Of a stretch of 64,000 bases of DNA, positions 48,236 to 58,016 are shown in pieces. The position numbers and the translations under genes are program-made. How positions within the stretch are numbered: position 1 is the stretch's first letter; the number at the start of each line of letters is the position of its first letter. The DNA comes from Candidatus Latescibacterota bacterium (lineage in GTDB: Bacteria > Latescibacterota > UBA2968): the NCBI GenBank assembly GCA_965204745.1, contig OZ242010.1, positions 3,008,001-3,072,000 on the forward strand, given 5' to 3'. Below the pieces are notes generated by a model. That model ran no database searches, was not told the origin of the DNA, and worked only from the letters and a program-made list of their open reading frames with translations.

Positions 48236-48335
48236 AGAAAGGAGCGGGGTTGGTACTTCATGACCGGTTGCGCGATAAAAAAATTAAATGGCCTGAAATA
48301 AAGGAAATATAGCCCCATAGAATTGGAGATTCGCT

Positions 48336-48698
48336 TTGCGACGGTTTAGCCACATATTTACGGGCATCGCGTTGCGCGTGGTTGTCGCGCTGACGCTCGT
48401 CGGCATGGTCGCGCCGTGTCTGTGTTGGGCGCACGAGCGGCCGAGTTGTCACGCCACCGCAGAGATGGACGATTGTTGTTGTTCCAAAGACGCGACTGTC
48501 GATAGCGACATGCCCGTGCGCGGCCTGGCTGTTTTGCCGATTGAATGGCAAAATCCACCGTTGGATTTGATGCCCGCGATGTCGCCCATTGCCGTGCTTT
48601 CCCATCCCATATCCCTTCCTCTTTTGGGGCCTGATCGCGGCGGGTCATTGCGATCACCGCCCTGCCTGTACCTCCTCCACGCCACATTCCGCTTGTGA
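48336..48698 (+). CDS. Cys/His-rich leader protein with C-terminal RSPP (DUF2946/CutF/CruR-like)
   Basis: Signal-like N-terminus, CLC...SCH...DDCCC, Pro-rich linker, RSPP; GGAG RBS; first gene of the metal-efflux operon. Confidence 0.6.
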   Translation: MRRFSHIFTGIALRVVVALTLVGMVAPCLCWAHERPSCHATAEMDDCCCSKDATVDSDMPVRGLAVLPIEWQNPPLDLMPAMSPIAVLSHPISLPLLGPDRGGSLRSPPCLYLLHATFRL

Positions 48699-48771
48699 TA
48701 TTCCCCGTCTGACTGGCGTCGCGAATGTTTTACCCGTCCCTTTATACGCCCCTATTTTCTGGAGGTGACCG

Positions 48772-50040
48772 GTGCATGCACTTCGGGCCATGATCGGGCT
48801 GTGCGTCATGGGCATATCCGTCTTGCCATTGCGGGCAAATGAACTGGATTTGGACGCGCTGATTCAAGAGGCTTTGAAAAACAATCCCAACTTATCGGTT
48901 TTGCGGGCGCGGCTGTCGGCCCTAGAAGCAAAAATCCCGCAGGCAGGCGCGTTGGACGACCCATCCTTCCGCTTTGAGGCGAGCAACATCCCCCTGAGCA
49001 ATTTCGATTTGAACCGCACGCCCATGAGCGGCAATCAACTGATGGTCAGCCAAAAATTGCCCCTGCCGGGAAAACAGCGGGCACGCGAGCGCGCCGCCCA
49101 ATTTGCAACAGACGCCGTGGCGTGGCAGTTGCGCGACAGAGAACGCGCCATCGCCAATGCGGTCAAACAGCCGTTTTTCTTCCTGGCGTATTTGACCCGC
49201 GCCATCGCCATCACGCAAAAGAATCGGGTGTTGTTACAAGACCTCGTGCGAATCGCCCGCACGAAATACGCGGTCGGCAAGGGGTTGCAACAAGACGTAT
49301 TAAAAGCCCAAGTCTCCCTCTCGGAATTGGACGCGCAACTCATCGGCCTTCGCGCAAAAAAACAACTGGTCGAGGCGCGGTTGAACGCGGTGTTAAACCG
49401 ACCCTTGCAAAGTCCGATAGGCGCGCCGCCAGACACCATCGGCCTTTCGCCCGCGCCCTTGGCCGCCGATGCCCTGCACAAAATCGCGGATGAGGCGCGG
49501 CCATCCCTGCACGCCATGGCGCGATGGGTTGCGATGTGGCGGGCAAATGTCGAGGTGGCACAGCGCGATTACTGGCCGGATGTCACGCTGAATTTGAGCT
49601 ACCGGCAGCGCGGGTTCGCGCCCAAGGATCCGGGGCGCGATTTTATCTCTTTCGGCGTGGGCATTCAAGTGCCCATCTTTGCCCGCCGCAAGCAGCGACA
49701 GCAGATCGCCGAGGCGCGGGCGAACCTGCGCGAGGCCGAGGCGCGCGAGGCCGCTGAACGCCAGCGGATTCACTACGACATTCAACGCTTGGTGATCGAG
49801 GCCACCCAACACCGGGAAAACGCCGAGTTGTTTCGCACCGCGATGTTGCCGCAAGCCGAGCAATCGCTGGCGTCCGCCCTGTCTGGATACCGGGTGGATA
49901 AGGTGGATTTTTTGACCTTGTTGGACAATCACATGACCTTGTTGAATTTTGAGATCGCGTATTATCGGCATGTCATTGCCCACGAAAAACGGGTGGCCGA
50001 TTTAGAGGCTGTGGTCGGCAGGCCACTCCACGCGGATTAG
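48772..50040 (+). CDS. TolC-family outer membrane efflux protein (CusC-like)
   Basis: AL..NP.L, Q..PLPGK, Y..G...QQDVLKAQV, Y.....DFLTLLD. Confidence 0.88.
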   Translation: MHALRAMIGLCVMGISVLPLRANELDLDALIQEALKNNPNLSVLRARLSALEAKIPQAGALDDPSFRFEASNIPLSNFDLNRTPMSGNQLMVSQKLPLPGKQRARERAAQFATDAVAWQLRDRERAIANAVKQPFFFLAYLTRAIAITQKNRVLLQDLVRIARTKYAVGKGLQQDVLKAQVSLSELDAQLIGLRAKKQLVEARLNAVLNRPLQSPIGAPPDTIGLSPAPLAADALHKIADEARPSLHAMARWVAMWRANVEVAQRDYWPDVTLNLSYRQRGFAPKDPGRDFISFGVGIQVPIFARRKQRQQIAEARANLREAEAREAAERQRIHYDIQRLVIEATQHRENAELFRTAMLPQAEQSLASALSGYRVDKVDFLTLLDNHMTLLNFEIAYYRHVIAHEKRVADLEAVVGRPLHAD

Positions 50041-50050
50041 GAGGTCGAAA

Positions 50051-51388
50051 ATGAAATACGTCATCCCAATGTTGGCATTGATAGCGGGCTTTGCCGGCGG
50101 CGTCTATATCGCGGGCGATCCGCACACAGAACACACGCAGGCCGGGGCGAAATACATCTGTCCCATGCACCCGACAGTGGTGTCCGACAAGCCGGGCACT
50201 TGCCCCATCTGCAACATGGACTTGGTGGCAAAAGAAATGGATGGGGAACACAGCGCGCAACCCGACCGCTACATCTGTCCCATGCACCCGACAGTGGTGT
50301 CCGACAAGCCGGGCACTTGCCCCATCTGCAACATGGACTTGGTCAAAAAGGAGACCGATCCCGCGCCCTCGCAAAGCGGACAAGTGCAGATCGACCCCGC
50401 GACCATTCAGAACCTCGGCGTGAAAACGATGGTCGTAAAACAACAACCCTTGACGCGCACCATACGCGCACTGGGCCGGGTGGATTACGACGAGACCCGG
50501 ATCATGGACGTGAACAGCAAATTGGCCGGGTGGGTCGAACAACTGTACGTGGATTACACGGGCCGCTGGGTCGAACGAGGCCAACCCTTGCTCGCGCTTT
50601 ACAGCCCGGAACTCGTCGCGGCGCAAGAGGAGTATTTGACCGCGCTGGATTACGCGGACAGAATGCGAGACGGGGCGAACAAAGACATGGCACAAAATGC
50701 CGCGGATCTGCTGTTCGCCGTGCGGCAGCGGCTGTTGTTCTGGGATATTTCAGCGGCTCAGATCGCCGAGTTAAAAAAGAAGCGCGAGGTCGGGCGCACC
50801 ATGCCCATTCTCGCGCCGAGGTCCGGCATCGTGACGCACAAAGACGTGCTAGAAGGCGCGCATATTGCATCCGGGCAACACCTGTATCGCATCGCGGATT
50901 TGTCCGTGGTGTGGATTTACGCCGATGTGTACGAATCCGAAATGTCGTGGATCTCCAAAGGGCAACGCGCCGAGGTCGCGCTCGCGTACTTGCCGGGCGA
51001 GCGATTCGATGGCAAAGTGGATTACATTTTCCCCTTCATGAATCAAAAAACGCGCACCGTGCAGGTGCGGATGGCCTTTGACAATGCAGACGGCGCGCTC
51101 AAACCCGATATGTACGCGCATGTGGTGATCCGCCCCGAAGTGGCCCGCAACGCCCTCGTGGTCCCCGCGCAGGCCATCATCCATTCGGGAACGCGCCGCA
51201 TCGTCATCATCGCGCACGGCAATGGCAAATTTGCCCCCCGCGAAATCCGCACAGGCGTCGAGGCCGAAGACGGGTACGAAGTGCTCACCGGCCTAAACCC
51301 GGGCGACCAAATCGTCACCGCCGCACAATTCTTGATCGATTCCGAAAGCAATTTGAGAGCGGCATTGGCGGGGTTTGAAGGCGGGTAG
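50051..51388 (+). CDS. CusB-like periplasmic adaptor with two heavy-metal-binding domains
   Basis: YICPMHP.....PG.CPICNMDLV twice (identical 74-nt copies at 50153 and 50270); YSPELV.AQEEY, LKPDMY, FLIDSES. Confidence 0.9.
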   Translation: MKYVIPMLALIAGFAGGVYIAGDPHTEHTQAGAKYICPMHPTVVSDKPGTCPICNMDLVAKEMDGEHSAQPDRYICPMHPTVVSDKPGTCPICNMDLVKKETDPAPSQSGQVQIDPATIQNLGVKTMVVKQQPLTRTIRALGRVDYDETRIMDVNSKLAGWVEQLYVDYTGRWVERGQPLLALYSPELVAAQEEYLTALDYADRMRDGANKDMAQNAADLLFAVRQRLLFWDISAAQIAELKKKREVGRTMPILAPRSGIVTHKDVLEGAHIASGQHLYRIADLSVVWIYADVYESEMSWISKGQRAEVALAYLPGERFDGKVDYIFPFMNQKTRTVQVRMAFDNADGALKPDMYAHVVIRPEVARNALVVPAQAIIHSGTRRIVIIAHGNGKFAPREIRTGVEAEDGYEVLTGLNPGDQIVTAAQFLIDSESNLRAALAGFEGG

Positions 51389-51403
51389 GAGGGGAGAGGT
51401 AAG

Positions 51404-51430
51404 CTGACCACTGACTACTGACTACTGACC
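51404..51430. repeat. (CTGACYA)n heptamers
   Basis: About four copies between the adaptor and the ABC ATPase. Confidence 0.75.
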
Positions 51431-51436
51431 AATCCA

Positions 51437-52123
51437 ATGGACACAAACAAATCGAACATCGCACTCGCGGTGCAACGCCTGACCCGCATTTATACGAGTG
51501 GGGGGCAACCGCTTACGGTTTTGGACGACGTCACGTTTTCCATTCTCGAAGGGCAGACTTGCGCGATTGTGGGGCCTTCGGGCAGTGGCAAGACCACGTT
51601 GCTCGGCCTGTGTGCCGGGCTTGACCGGCCGAGTTCTGGCACGGTCGCGCTTTATGGCGTGGCCCTCGATAGCCTCGATGAGGACCAACGCGCAGCCATT
51701 CGCAATGAGTACGTGGGCTTTGTGTTTCAGAGTTTTCAACTCATTCCCACCCTCACGGCCCTTGAAAATGTGATGGTGCCCCTTGAACTGCGCGGCGAAA
51801 CCGGGGCCTTTGACCACGCCAAAGAATTGCTCGACCGCGTGGGCTTGAGGGACCGGCTGACGCATTATCCCGCGCAACTCTCGGGCGGCGAGCAACAGCG
51901 CGTAGGGATCGCACGGGCGTTTATCAACCGGCCGCGCATCCTCTTTGCCGACGAACCCACGGGCAATCTCGACGCGGATACCAGCCAGACCATCGTCGAT
52001 TTGCTCTTTGACCTCAACCGGGAATCGGGCACGACCCTGGTCTTGGTTACGCATGATCGCGACTTGGCCGCACGCACGCAGCGCGTCATCACCCTGAGAT
52101 CGGGAAGGGGATTTGCCGAATGA
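51437..52123 (+). CDS. ABC transporter ATP-binding protein (YbbA/LolD-like)
   Basis: GPSGSGKTT, LSGGEQQR, FADEPTGNLD. Confidence 0.93.
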   Translation: MDTNKSNIALAVQRLTRIYTSGGQPLTVLDDVTFSILEGQTCAIVGPSGSGKTTLLGLCAGLDRPSSGTVALYGVALDSLDEDQRAAIRNEYVGFVFQSFQLIPTLTALENVMVPLELRGETGAFDHAKELLDRVGLRDRLTHYPAQLSGGEQQRVGIARAFINRPRILFADEPTGNLDADTSQTIVDLLFDLNRESGTTLVLVTHDRDLAARTQRVITLRSGRGFAE

Positions 52124-54678
52124 ACAACCCGCGACCATCTCAAAAAAAGGGCATCGCGCTTTTTGACGCATGGACGTGGCGCATGGCATGGCGCGACAGC
52201 CGCACGTATCGCAGGCGGTTGTCGCTCTTTATCTCCTGCATTGTTATCGGCGTGGGCGGGTTGGTTGCGGTGCGGTCTTTGGGCGACAATTTGCAACACG
52301 CGGTCGATAGCGAGGCGCGGTCGCTCTTGGGGGCGGATTGGCGCGTGAGCAGCCAACGCGCATTCGCGCCGGCAATCGATTCTTTGTTCGCCTCGTGGGG
52401 CGGGGCGCAATCCCGGGAAGTGCGTTTTGCGTCGATGGTGTTTTTTCCCGAAACCGGGGGCACGCGCTTGGTGCAGGTGCGCGCGCTCGAAGGCGGCTTT
52501 CCCTATTACGGCGCGTTTGAGACCGCGCCCCTAGCTGCGGCGCGAACATTCCAGCGGGATGCGACGGCGTTGCTCGACGATGGCTTGCTCGTTCAATTTG
52601 GCGTGCAAGTCGGGGATTCGGTACGCATTGGCAACCACGCCTTTGTCATTGGCGGGCGCATCAAAAAAATCTCGGGGGAGACCATGGCCTTTGCCACAGT
52701 CGCGCCGCGCGTGTACATTCCCCTGTCCCATCTCGACAAAACGGGCCTCATCAAGTTTGGCAGTTTGGCGTCTTACGCGGCCTATTTCAAATTCGATGAC
52801 GAGACGCAACTCCCCAGGCTTCGCAAGCAGTTGCGCCCCTATCGCCAAGAACACAATTTGCGGACCGAGACCGTTGTCAGTCGGCGAGAACGCTTGGACA
52901 GCACGTTGGGCAATCTGTACATTTTTTTGAGTCTGGTCGCGTTTGCCGCGCTGTTGCTCGGCTGTATCGGCGTTGCCAGCGCGGTTCACGTGTACGCGCG
53001 TCAAAAAATCGGCACGGTCGCGATTCTGCGTTGCATGGGCGCGCAGGCCGGGCAGGTCATGGGCATTTACGGCATTCAGGCCGGGGTTATGGGCCTGATC
53101 GGCGCGGGTTGTGGCGCGTTGCTCGGCGTGGGCATTCAGTATCTTTTGCCCGGGGTGCTCGCGCAAATCCTGCCAGTCGAACTCGAGATTCAACCCTCTT
53201 ACAGCGCGATTGTGCAGGGGTTTGGCATTGGGCTTTTGCTCTCCGTGCTCTTTGCCCTGCTTCCCTTGTTGCCGGTTCGGCACACGTCTCCCCTGCATAC
53301 CTTGCGCGCATCTTTTGAAGATGTGCGTTCTAAAATTGACCCCATGCAAGTGGGAGTGGTCGGGGGCATCGGCCTCATTGTCGCGGGCTTGGGCATCGTG
53401 CAGACCGACAGCGTGCGCTTGGGCTTGGGCATTGCCGCGGGATTTGCCCTCGCTTTTGGGGTGCTCATCGGCGCGGCGTGGCTCATCGTCAAGACCGTGC
53501 GCCGCTTCTTTCCCGCAACGTGGCAATACGTGTGGCGGCAGGGCCTGGCGAACCTGTATCGGCCGCACAATCAGACGACCATTTTGATGCTCGCGCTGGG
53601 CCTCGGCACGTTTCTCGTTGCCACGCTCTACATCGCGCAGGCTGCGATCCTCGCGCAAATCGCCATTGCGGGGCGGGACAACCGCCCGAATTTCGTGCTC
53701 GTGGATGTGCAAACCGATCAGATCGAAGACGTGAGCGCGTTGCTCGACGTGCAGGGCCTGCCGGTCCTCCACCGCGCGCCTATCGTTACCATGCGCCTCA
53801 AATCCATTAAGGGGCAGGACGCGCGGGCCTACGGCCGAGAGAACGATGTGCCGCGCTGGGCCATTCAGCGCGAATATCGCTCGACCTATCGCAACCACCT
53901 CTTTGACTCGGAACGCCTCATCGCCGGCGCGTGGGTCGATGCGGAACGCACGGACGAACCCATCCCCATTTCCGTTGAACGCGATATCGCGCGATCCCTG
54001 CGCGTTTCACTGGGGGATACCCTGATTTTTGACGTCCAAGGCGTGCCTATGCAAACCGCGGTTCACAGCTTGCGCGAAGTGGATTGGCAACGCATTCAGC
54101 CCAATTTTTTCGTGGTCTTTCCCAAAGGCGTGCTCGAATCCGCGCCGCAGTTCCACGTCTTGACCACGCGCGTGCAGACGACCGAACAATCGGCTGCGTT
54201 GCAACGCACGCTGGTGCAACGCCATCCCAATGTCTCGGTGGTCGACCTCGGCCTCTTGCTCAAGACCATCGACGACGTGCTCTCGCAAGTCGCGTTTGTC
54301 GTGCGCTTTATGGCCCTGTTCAGCGTGGTCACCGGGCTTATCGTGCTGGCCGCCGCGGTGACGACGAGCCGGTATCAACGCATCCGGGAAGCGGTTTTGC
54401 TCCGCACCTTGGGCGCGTCTCAAAAGCAGATTCGGCGCATTCTCTTGCTCGAATACACGTTCTTGGGCGCGCTCGCGGCACTGACCGGCTTGCTGTTGTC
54501 TATCGCCGGCGCGTGGGCCGTTACATATTTTGTGTTTGACATCGACTTTGCCCTGCCCACGTGGGCCATTGCCGGGGTCTTCGCGATAGTGACAGTGCTC
54601 ACCATCGCGGTCGGCATGCTCAACAGCCGCGGCATTGCCAACCGCCCCCCGCTCGAGATTTTACGCGCCGAGGAGTGA
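52120..54678 (+). CDS. FtsX/MacB-type ABC permease (YbbP-like)
   Basis: MAWRDSR, LLGAD, YYG, R.VDW....PNFF..F, LRTLGAS; two permease halves. Confidence 0.9.
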   Translation: MNNPRPSQKKGIALFDAWTWRMAWRDSRTYRRRLSLFISCIVIGVGGLVAVRSLGDNLQHAVDSEARSLLGADWRVSSQRAFAPAIDSLFASWGGAQSREVRFASMVFFPETGGTRLVQVRALEGGFPYYGAFETAPLAAARTFQRDATALLDDGLLVQFGVQVGDSVRIGNHAFVIGGRIKKISGETMAFATVAPRVYIPLSHLDKTGLIKFGSLASYAAYFKFDDETQLPRLRKQLRPYRQEHNLRTETVVSRRERLDSTLGNLYIFLSLVAFAALLLGCIGVASAVHVYARQKIGTVAILRCMGAQAGQVMGIYGIQAGVMGLIGAGCGALLGVGIQYLLPGVLAQILPVELEIQPSYSAIVQGFGIGLLLSVLFALLPLLPVRHTSPLHTLRASFEDVRSKIDPMQVGVVGGIGLIVAGLGIVQTDSVRLGLGIAAGFALAFGVLIGAAWLIVKTVRRFFPATWQYVWRQGLANLYRPHNQTTILMLALGLGTFLVATLYIAQAAILAQIAIAGRDNRPNFVLVDVQTDQIEDVSALLDVQGLPVLHRAPIVTMRLKSIKGQDARAYGRENDVPRWAIQREYRSTYRNHLFDSERLIAGAWVDAERTDEPIPISVERDIARSLRVSLGDTLIFDVQGVPMQTAVHSLREVDWQRIQPNFFVVFPKGVLESAPQFHVLTTRVQTTEQSAALQRTLVQRHPNVSVVDLGLLLKTIDDVLSQVAFVVRFMALFSVVTGLIVLAAAVTTSRYQRIREAVLLRTLGASQKQIRRILLLEYTFLGALAALTGLLLSIAGAWAVTYFVFDIDFALPTWAIAGVFAIVTVLTIAVGMLNSRGIANRPPLEILRAEE

Positions 54679-54700
54679 GTATCCACAGATGAAAGGCGAG

Positions 54701-56890
54701 ATGAAAATGGCACGGCTTCGCGGGATTGTCGAGCGCATCACATTTCAAAATGAAGACAGCGGCTATACGGTCGCCCGATTGCAGGTGGAAGACCCCGTCC
54801 ACGCGGCGTCGCCAGATGGGTTGGCGACCATCGTGGGCGAAATGTTGTCGATCAACCCGGGCGAGACCGTGGTTTTGGAAGGGGAATGGACGAATCACAA
54901 GCAGTACGGCGCGCAATTCAAGATCGCGTCCTATCGGACCGTGCAGCCATCGACGGTGGAGGGCATGCGCCGGTATTTGGGGTCCGGGTTGATCAAGGGC
55001 ATCGGGCCGGTGACGGCCAAGCGGATCGTGGATCACTTCGGGCGCGAATCCCTACAAGTCATCGAGCGCGACCCAGAGCGGTTGGTCGAAGTTGAGGGCT
55101 TGGGGGCGAAGCGCGCCAAGTGGATCGTCAGGGCTTGGGAGGACCAGCGCGAGATTCACAATGTGATGCTGTTCTTGCAATCGCACGAGGTGGGCACGGG
55201 ATACGCGGTCAAAATTTGGAAGCGATACGGGCAACAAGCCATCGAGGTCATTCGGGAAAATCCCTATCGCCTGTCTGCGGATGTGTGGGGCATCGGGTTT
55301 TTGACTGCGGATCGCATCGCGCAAAAAATGGGCATTCCCGCGCATTCGGACCGGCGCGTTCAGGCCGGCATTTTGCATGTGTTGCACGAGGCCGCAGACA
55401 AGGACGGGCACGTGTTTTTGCCCGAAGACGCGCTTATCGAATCATGCGCGCAGGCCCTCTCGGTGCCGGTGGACGCCATCCCCCCGTGCGTGGCGCAACT
55501 GGTGCGCGACGAGGCCATTGTCGCCCATGAGGAGCGGGTGTATTTGCCGCATTTGTACTATGCGGAACAAGGCGCGGCAACGCGGTGCTATCAGTTGTCG
55601 CAGGTGGCGCGCATTGAATTGGGCGATATCCCGGCCGAGATCGCGGCGATAGAACAGCGCGATGGCGTAGTGTTCGCGCCCGGTCAGAAGTTGGCGTTGC
55701 AAAAGGCATTGTCGCACAATTTGCTGGTGCTGACGGGTGGACCGGGTACGGGCAAGACCACGGCGATTAAGGGCCTGATCGCGCTTTTGGAGGCGCGAAA
55801 AAAGAAGATCGCGCTGGCAGCCCCCACGGGCCGCGCGGCCAAGCGGATGTCCGAAGCCACCGGGCACGAGGCCAAGACCATCCACCGCTTGCTGAAGTTC
55901 AGCCCGTCCGAGATGGCTTTTGAGAAGAATTTTGAAAATCCGCTGACAATTGACGCCCTGATTGTGGATGAAATCTCGATGGTGGATACGGTGTTGATGA
56001 ACAGCTTGTTGCGCGCTGTGCCCATCCGCGCGTCGGTGGTTTTGGTGGGCGATGTGGATCAGTTGCCGTCGGTCGGCGCGGGCAATGTGTTGAAAGACGT
56101 GATCGCATCCGGCATCGTGGAGGTGGTGGAACTCAACGAGATTTTTCGGCAGGCGCGAACGAGCCGCATCATTACCAATGCCCACGCGATCAACCGCGGG
56201 GAAATGCCCAATTTGCGAAATGACCGAGCCGCGGATTTCTTTTTTTTGGAGATCGCCGAACCAGACCGAGTCGTGGAGGCGATTTGCGGCTTGTGTGCAT
56301 CGCGCTTGCCGCGCACGTATCGCTTGGACGGCATCGAGGATATTCAAGTGCTGGTGCCGATGTATCGGGGCGAGACCGGCGCGAACAATCTCAATCGCGT
56401 GTTGCAAGACCGGTTGAACGCCCGCGGGCCTGAACTCAACCGGGGCGGCGTGCAATTTCGGGTGGGCGACAAGGTGATGCAGGTGCGGAATAACTACGAC
56501 CGCGATGTTTTTAACGGGGATATCGGGCGCGTTCACGCGATAGACGACGAGGAACTCCATGTGCGGTTTCAGCAGCGCGTTGTGGTCTATGAGTTTTCGG
56601 AATTGGACGAGTTGGTGCTGGCTTACGCGATGAGCGTCCACAAGGGCCAAGGCGCGGAGTTTCGCGCTGTGGTGATGCCCCTGACCACGCAACACTATAT
56701 GATGTTGCAGCGCAATTTGCTGTACACGGCCATTACCCGGGCGCGGGAACTGGTGGTCATCGTGGGTACGAAACAAGCCCTCGGCATGGCCGTGCGGAAC
56801 AATCAGGTCGCCATGCGACACACGACCTTGGCACAGCGCATTCGCGCCGGACTCGCCGATGAAACCGCCGGAATAGACGCACAGGCGTAG
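54701..56890 (+). CDS. recD2: ATP-dependent RecD-like DNA helicase
   Basis: YLGSGLIKGIG, NPY.L, GGPGTGKTT, APTGRAAKR, DEISM, GD.DQLPSVG, YA.SVHK.QG.EF, LYTAITRA. Confidence 0.94.
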   Translation: MKMARLRGIVERITFQNEDSGYTVARLQVEDPVHAASPDGLATIVGEMLSINPGETVVLEGEWTNHKQYGAQFKIASYRTVQPSTVEGMRRYLGSGLIKGIGPVTAKRIVDHFGRESLQVIERDPERLVEVEGLGAKRAKWIVRAWEDQREIHNVMLFLQSHEVGTGYAVKIWKRYGQQAIEVIRENPYRLSADVWGIGFLTADRIAQKMGIPAHSDRRVQAGILHVLHEAADKDGHVFLPEDALIESCAQALSVPVDAIPPCVAQLVRDEAIVAHEERVYLPHLYYAEQGAATRCYQLSQVARIELGDIPAEIAAIEQRDGVVFAPGQKLALQKALSHNLLVLTGGPGTGKTTAIKGLIALLEARKKKIALAAPTGRAAKRMSEATGHEAKTIHRLLKFSPSEMAFEKNFENPLTIDALIVDEISMVDTVLMNSLLRAVPIRASVVLVGDVDQLPSVGAGNVLKDVIASGIVEVVELNEIFRQARTSRIITNAHAINRGEMPNLRNDRAADFFFLEIAEPDRVVEAICGLCASRLPRTYRLDGIEDIQVLVPMYRGETGANNLNRVLQDRLNARGPELNRGGVQFRVGDKVMQVRNNYDRDVFNGDIGRVHAIDDEELHVRFQQRVVVYEFSELDELVLAYAMSVHKGQGAEFRAVVMPLTTQHYMMLQRNLLYTAITRARELVVIVGTKQALGMAVRNNQVAMRHTTLAQRIRAGLADETAGIDAQA

Positions 56891-56905
56891 CGAGTCGCGT
56901 CTTTA

Positions 56906-57182
56906 GAGACATCGATCATACGGGAAATGAGGAACAGACATTCCGTACGGATCATGCGGTGCTTGTCTCAAGCGTTTAGCCCTAAAGCATTGTTGGTTGC
57001 CTCCGATGCCTTCGGCGACCTACTTTTTTTCAACAGCAAAAAAAAGTAGGCAAAAAATGCCGCTCTCAAACGCCGAGGGGCTTGCACAGCGCAAAGCGCT
57101 TTTGTAACAGCACGACATGCGTTGGCCTGCAAAGTGGGTTGCAACATGGATGTTGGTTGCGAGACGGACTTGCGCGCTGTGC
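56906..57182. repeat. Intergenic cluster of three long imperfect palindromes
   Basis: GAGACA/TGTCTC (56906-56969); CCTACTTTTTTT/AAAAAAAGTAGG (57019-57050); GCACAGCGC/GCGCTGTGC (57084-57182). Confidence 0.6.
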
Positions 57183-57379
57183 GTGATGGCTTTAGCGGAT
57201 GGGCTTTTGCGATGGCATGGTTGCCATGGCTTCTCTGAATGACTGCGGAACGTCAAGGGGTTCGCTTGCTGTCAGTATATCGCATCGGGCCAACAGCAAT
57301 TTAATTTGGTATTGCAAAAGCGTCATGACGAATTTGCGTTCTGGTGAGCGTCGCGTAGTCAAAGCATCTCTTGCCTCGC

Positions 57380-58009
57380 TCAACACAGCTCGATTTTTTG
57401 ACGAATGCACGCGCTGAGGTCTCGAACAGAAACAGCCCCCTCGCGCAACAGGAGGGCGCGGTGCGTGGAGACATCGACCAATGTGGAGGGCGTTGTGCTG
57501 GCAGACGGGCCACCGTCGAGAATGAGATCGAGGTGATCGCCGAGCGCGTTTTGCACTTCATGAGCGGAGCGCGCAGACGGGGTGCCCGAGCGATTCGCGC
57601 TGGTGCTGGTGAGAGGGCCGCCCAATGCGGTCAGCAGTTGCGCGGCGATGGGAGAACTGGAATGGCGCAAGGCAATGGTGTCGCGCTCGCCCTGCAGGAA
57701 AGGTGGGAGGTTTGGATTGGCTTTGAAAATTAGGGTGAGCGGCCCGGGCCAAAACGCGCGGATGAGCGTTTGCGCGGTCGGCGAGATGGCGCGGACGAGT
57801 GTTGCGAGGTCGTCTGCGCCGCGAATTAAGAGGATGATGCCCTTGGTTTCCTCGCGGTCTTTGGCGATGAAAATTTTTTGCATCGCTTCCCTGCGATACG
57901 GATCCGCACCGAGTCCATAGACCGTCTCGGTCGGATAGGCAATCAAGCCGCCGTTTTTGATCTGCTCGGCAGCGCGCTGGATGTTTTGAGGGGTCGGTGG
58001 GGTGATCAT
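57380..58009 (-). CDS. tsaC: L-threonylcarbamoyladenylate synthase (Sua5/YrdC)
   Basis: YPTETVYGLG, K.R, FWPGPLT, TSTSANRSG, PSTLVD. Confidence 0.92.
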   Translation of the reverse strand: MITPPTPQNIQRAAEQIKNGGLIAYPTETVYGLGADPYRREAMQKIFIAKDREETKGIILLIRGADDLATLVRAISPTAQTLIRAFWPGPLTLIFKANPNLPPFLQGERDTIALRHSSSPIAAQLLTALGGPLTSTSANRSGTPSARSAHEVQNALGDHLDLILDGGPSASTTPSTLVDVSTHRALLLREGAVSVRDLSACIRQKIELC

Positions 58010-58016
58010 AAAAAAG

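Noticed and set aside
47928-48312. Calling the structured element a retron or DRT system
   Set aside because: No reverse transcriptase in the window, and the hairpin order does not clearly match msr-msd; kept only as an unassigned candidate RNA.
57192-57417. Short ORFs on both strands between recD2 and tsaC
   Set aside because: No RBS or recognisable motif; they overlap palindromic sequence or the tsaC end.
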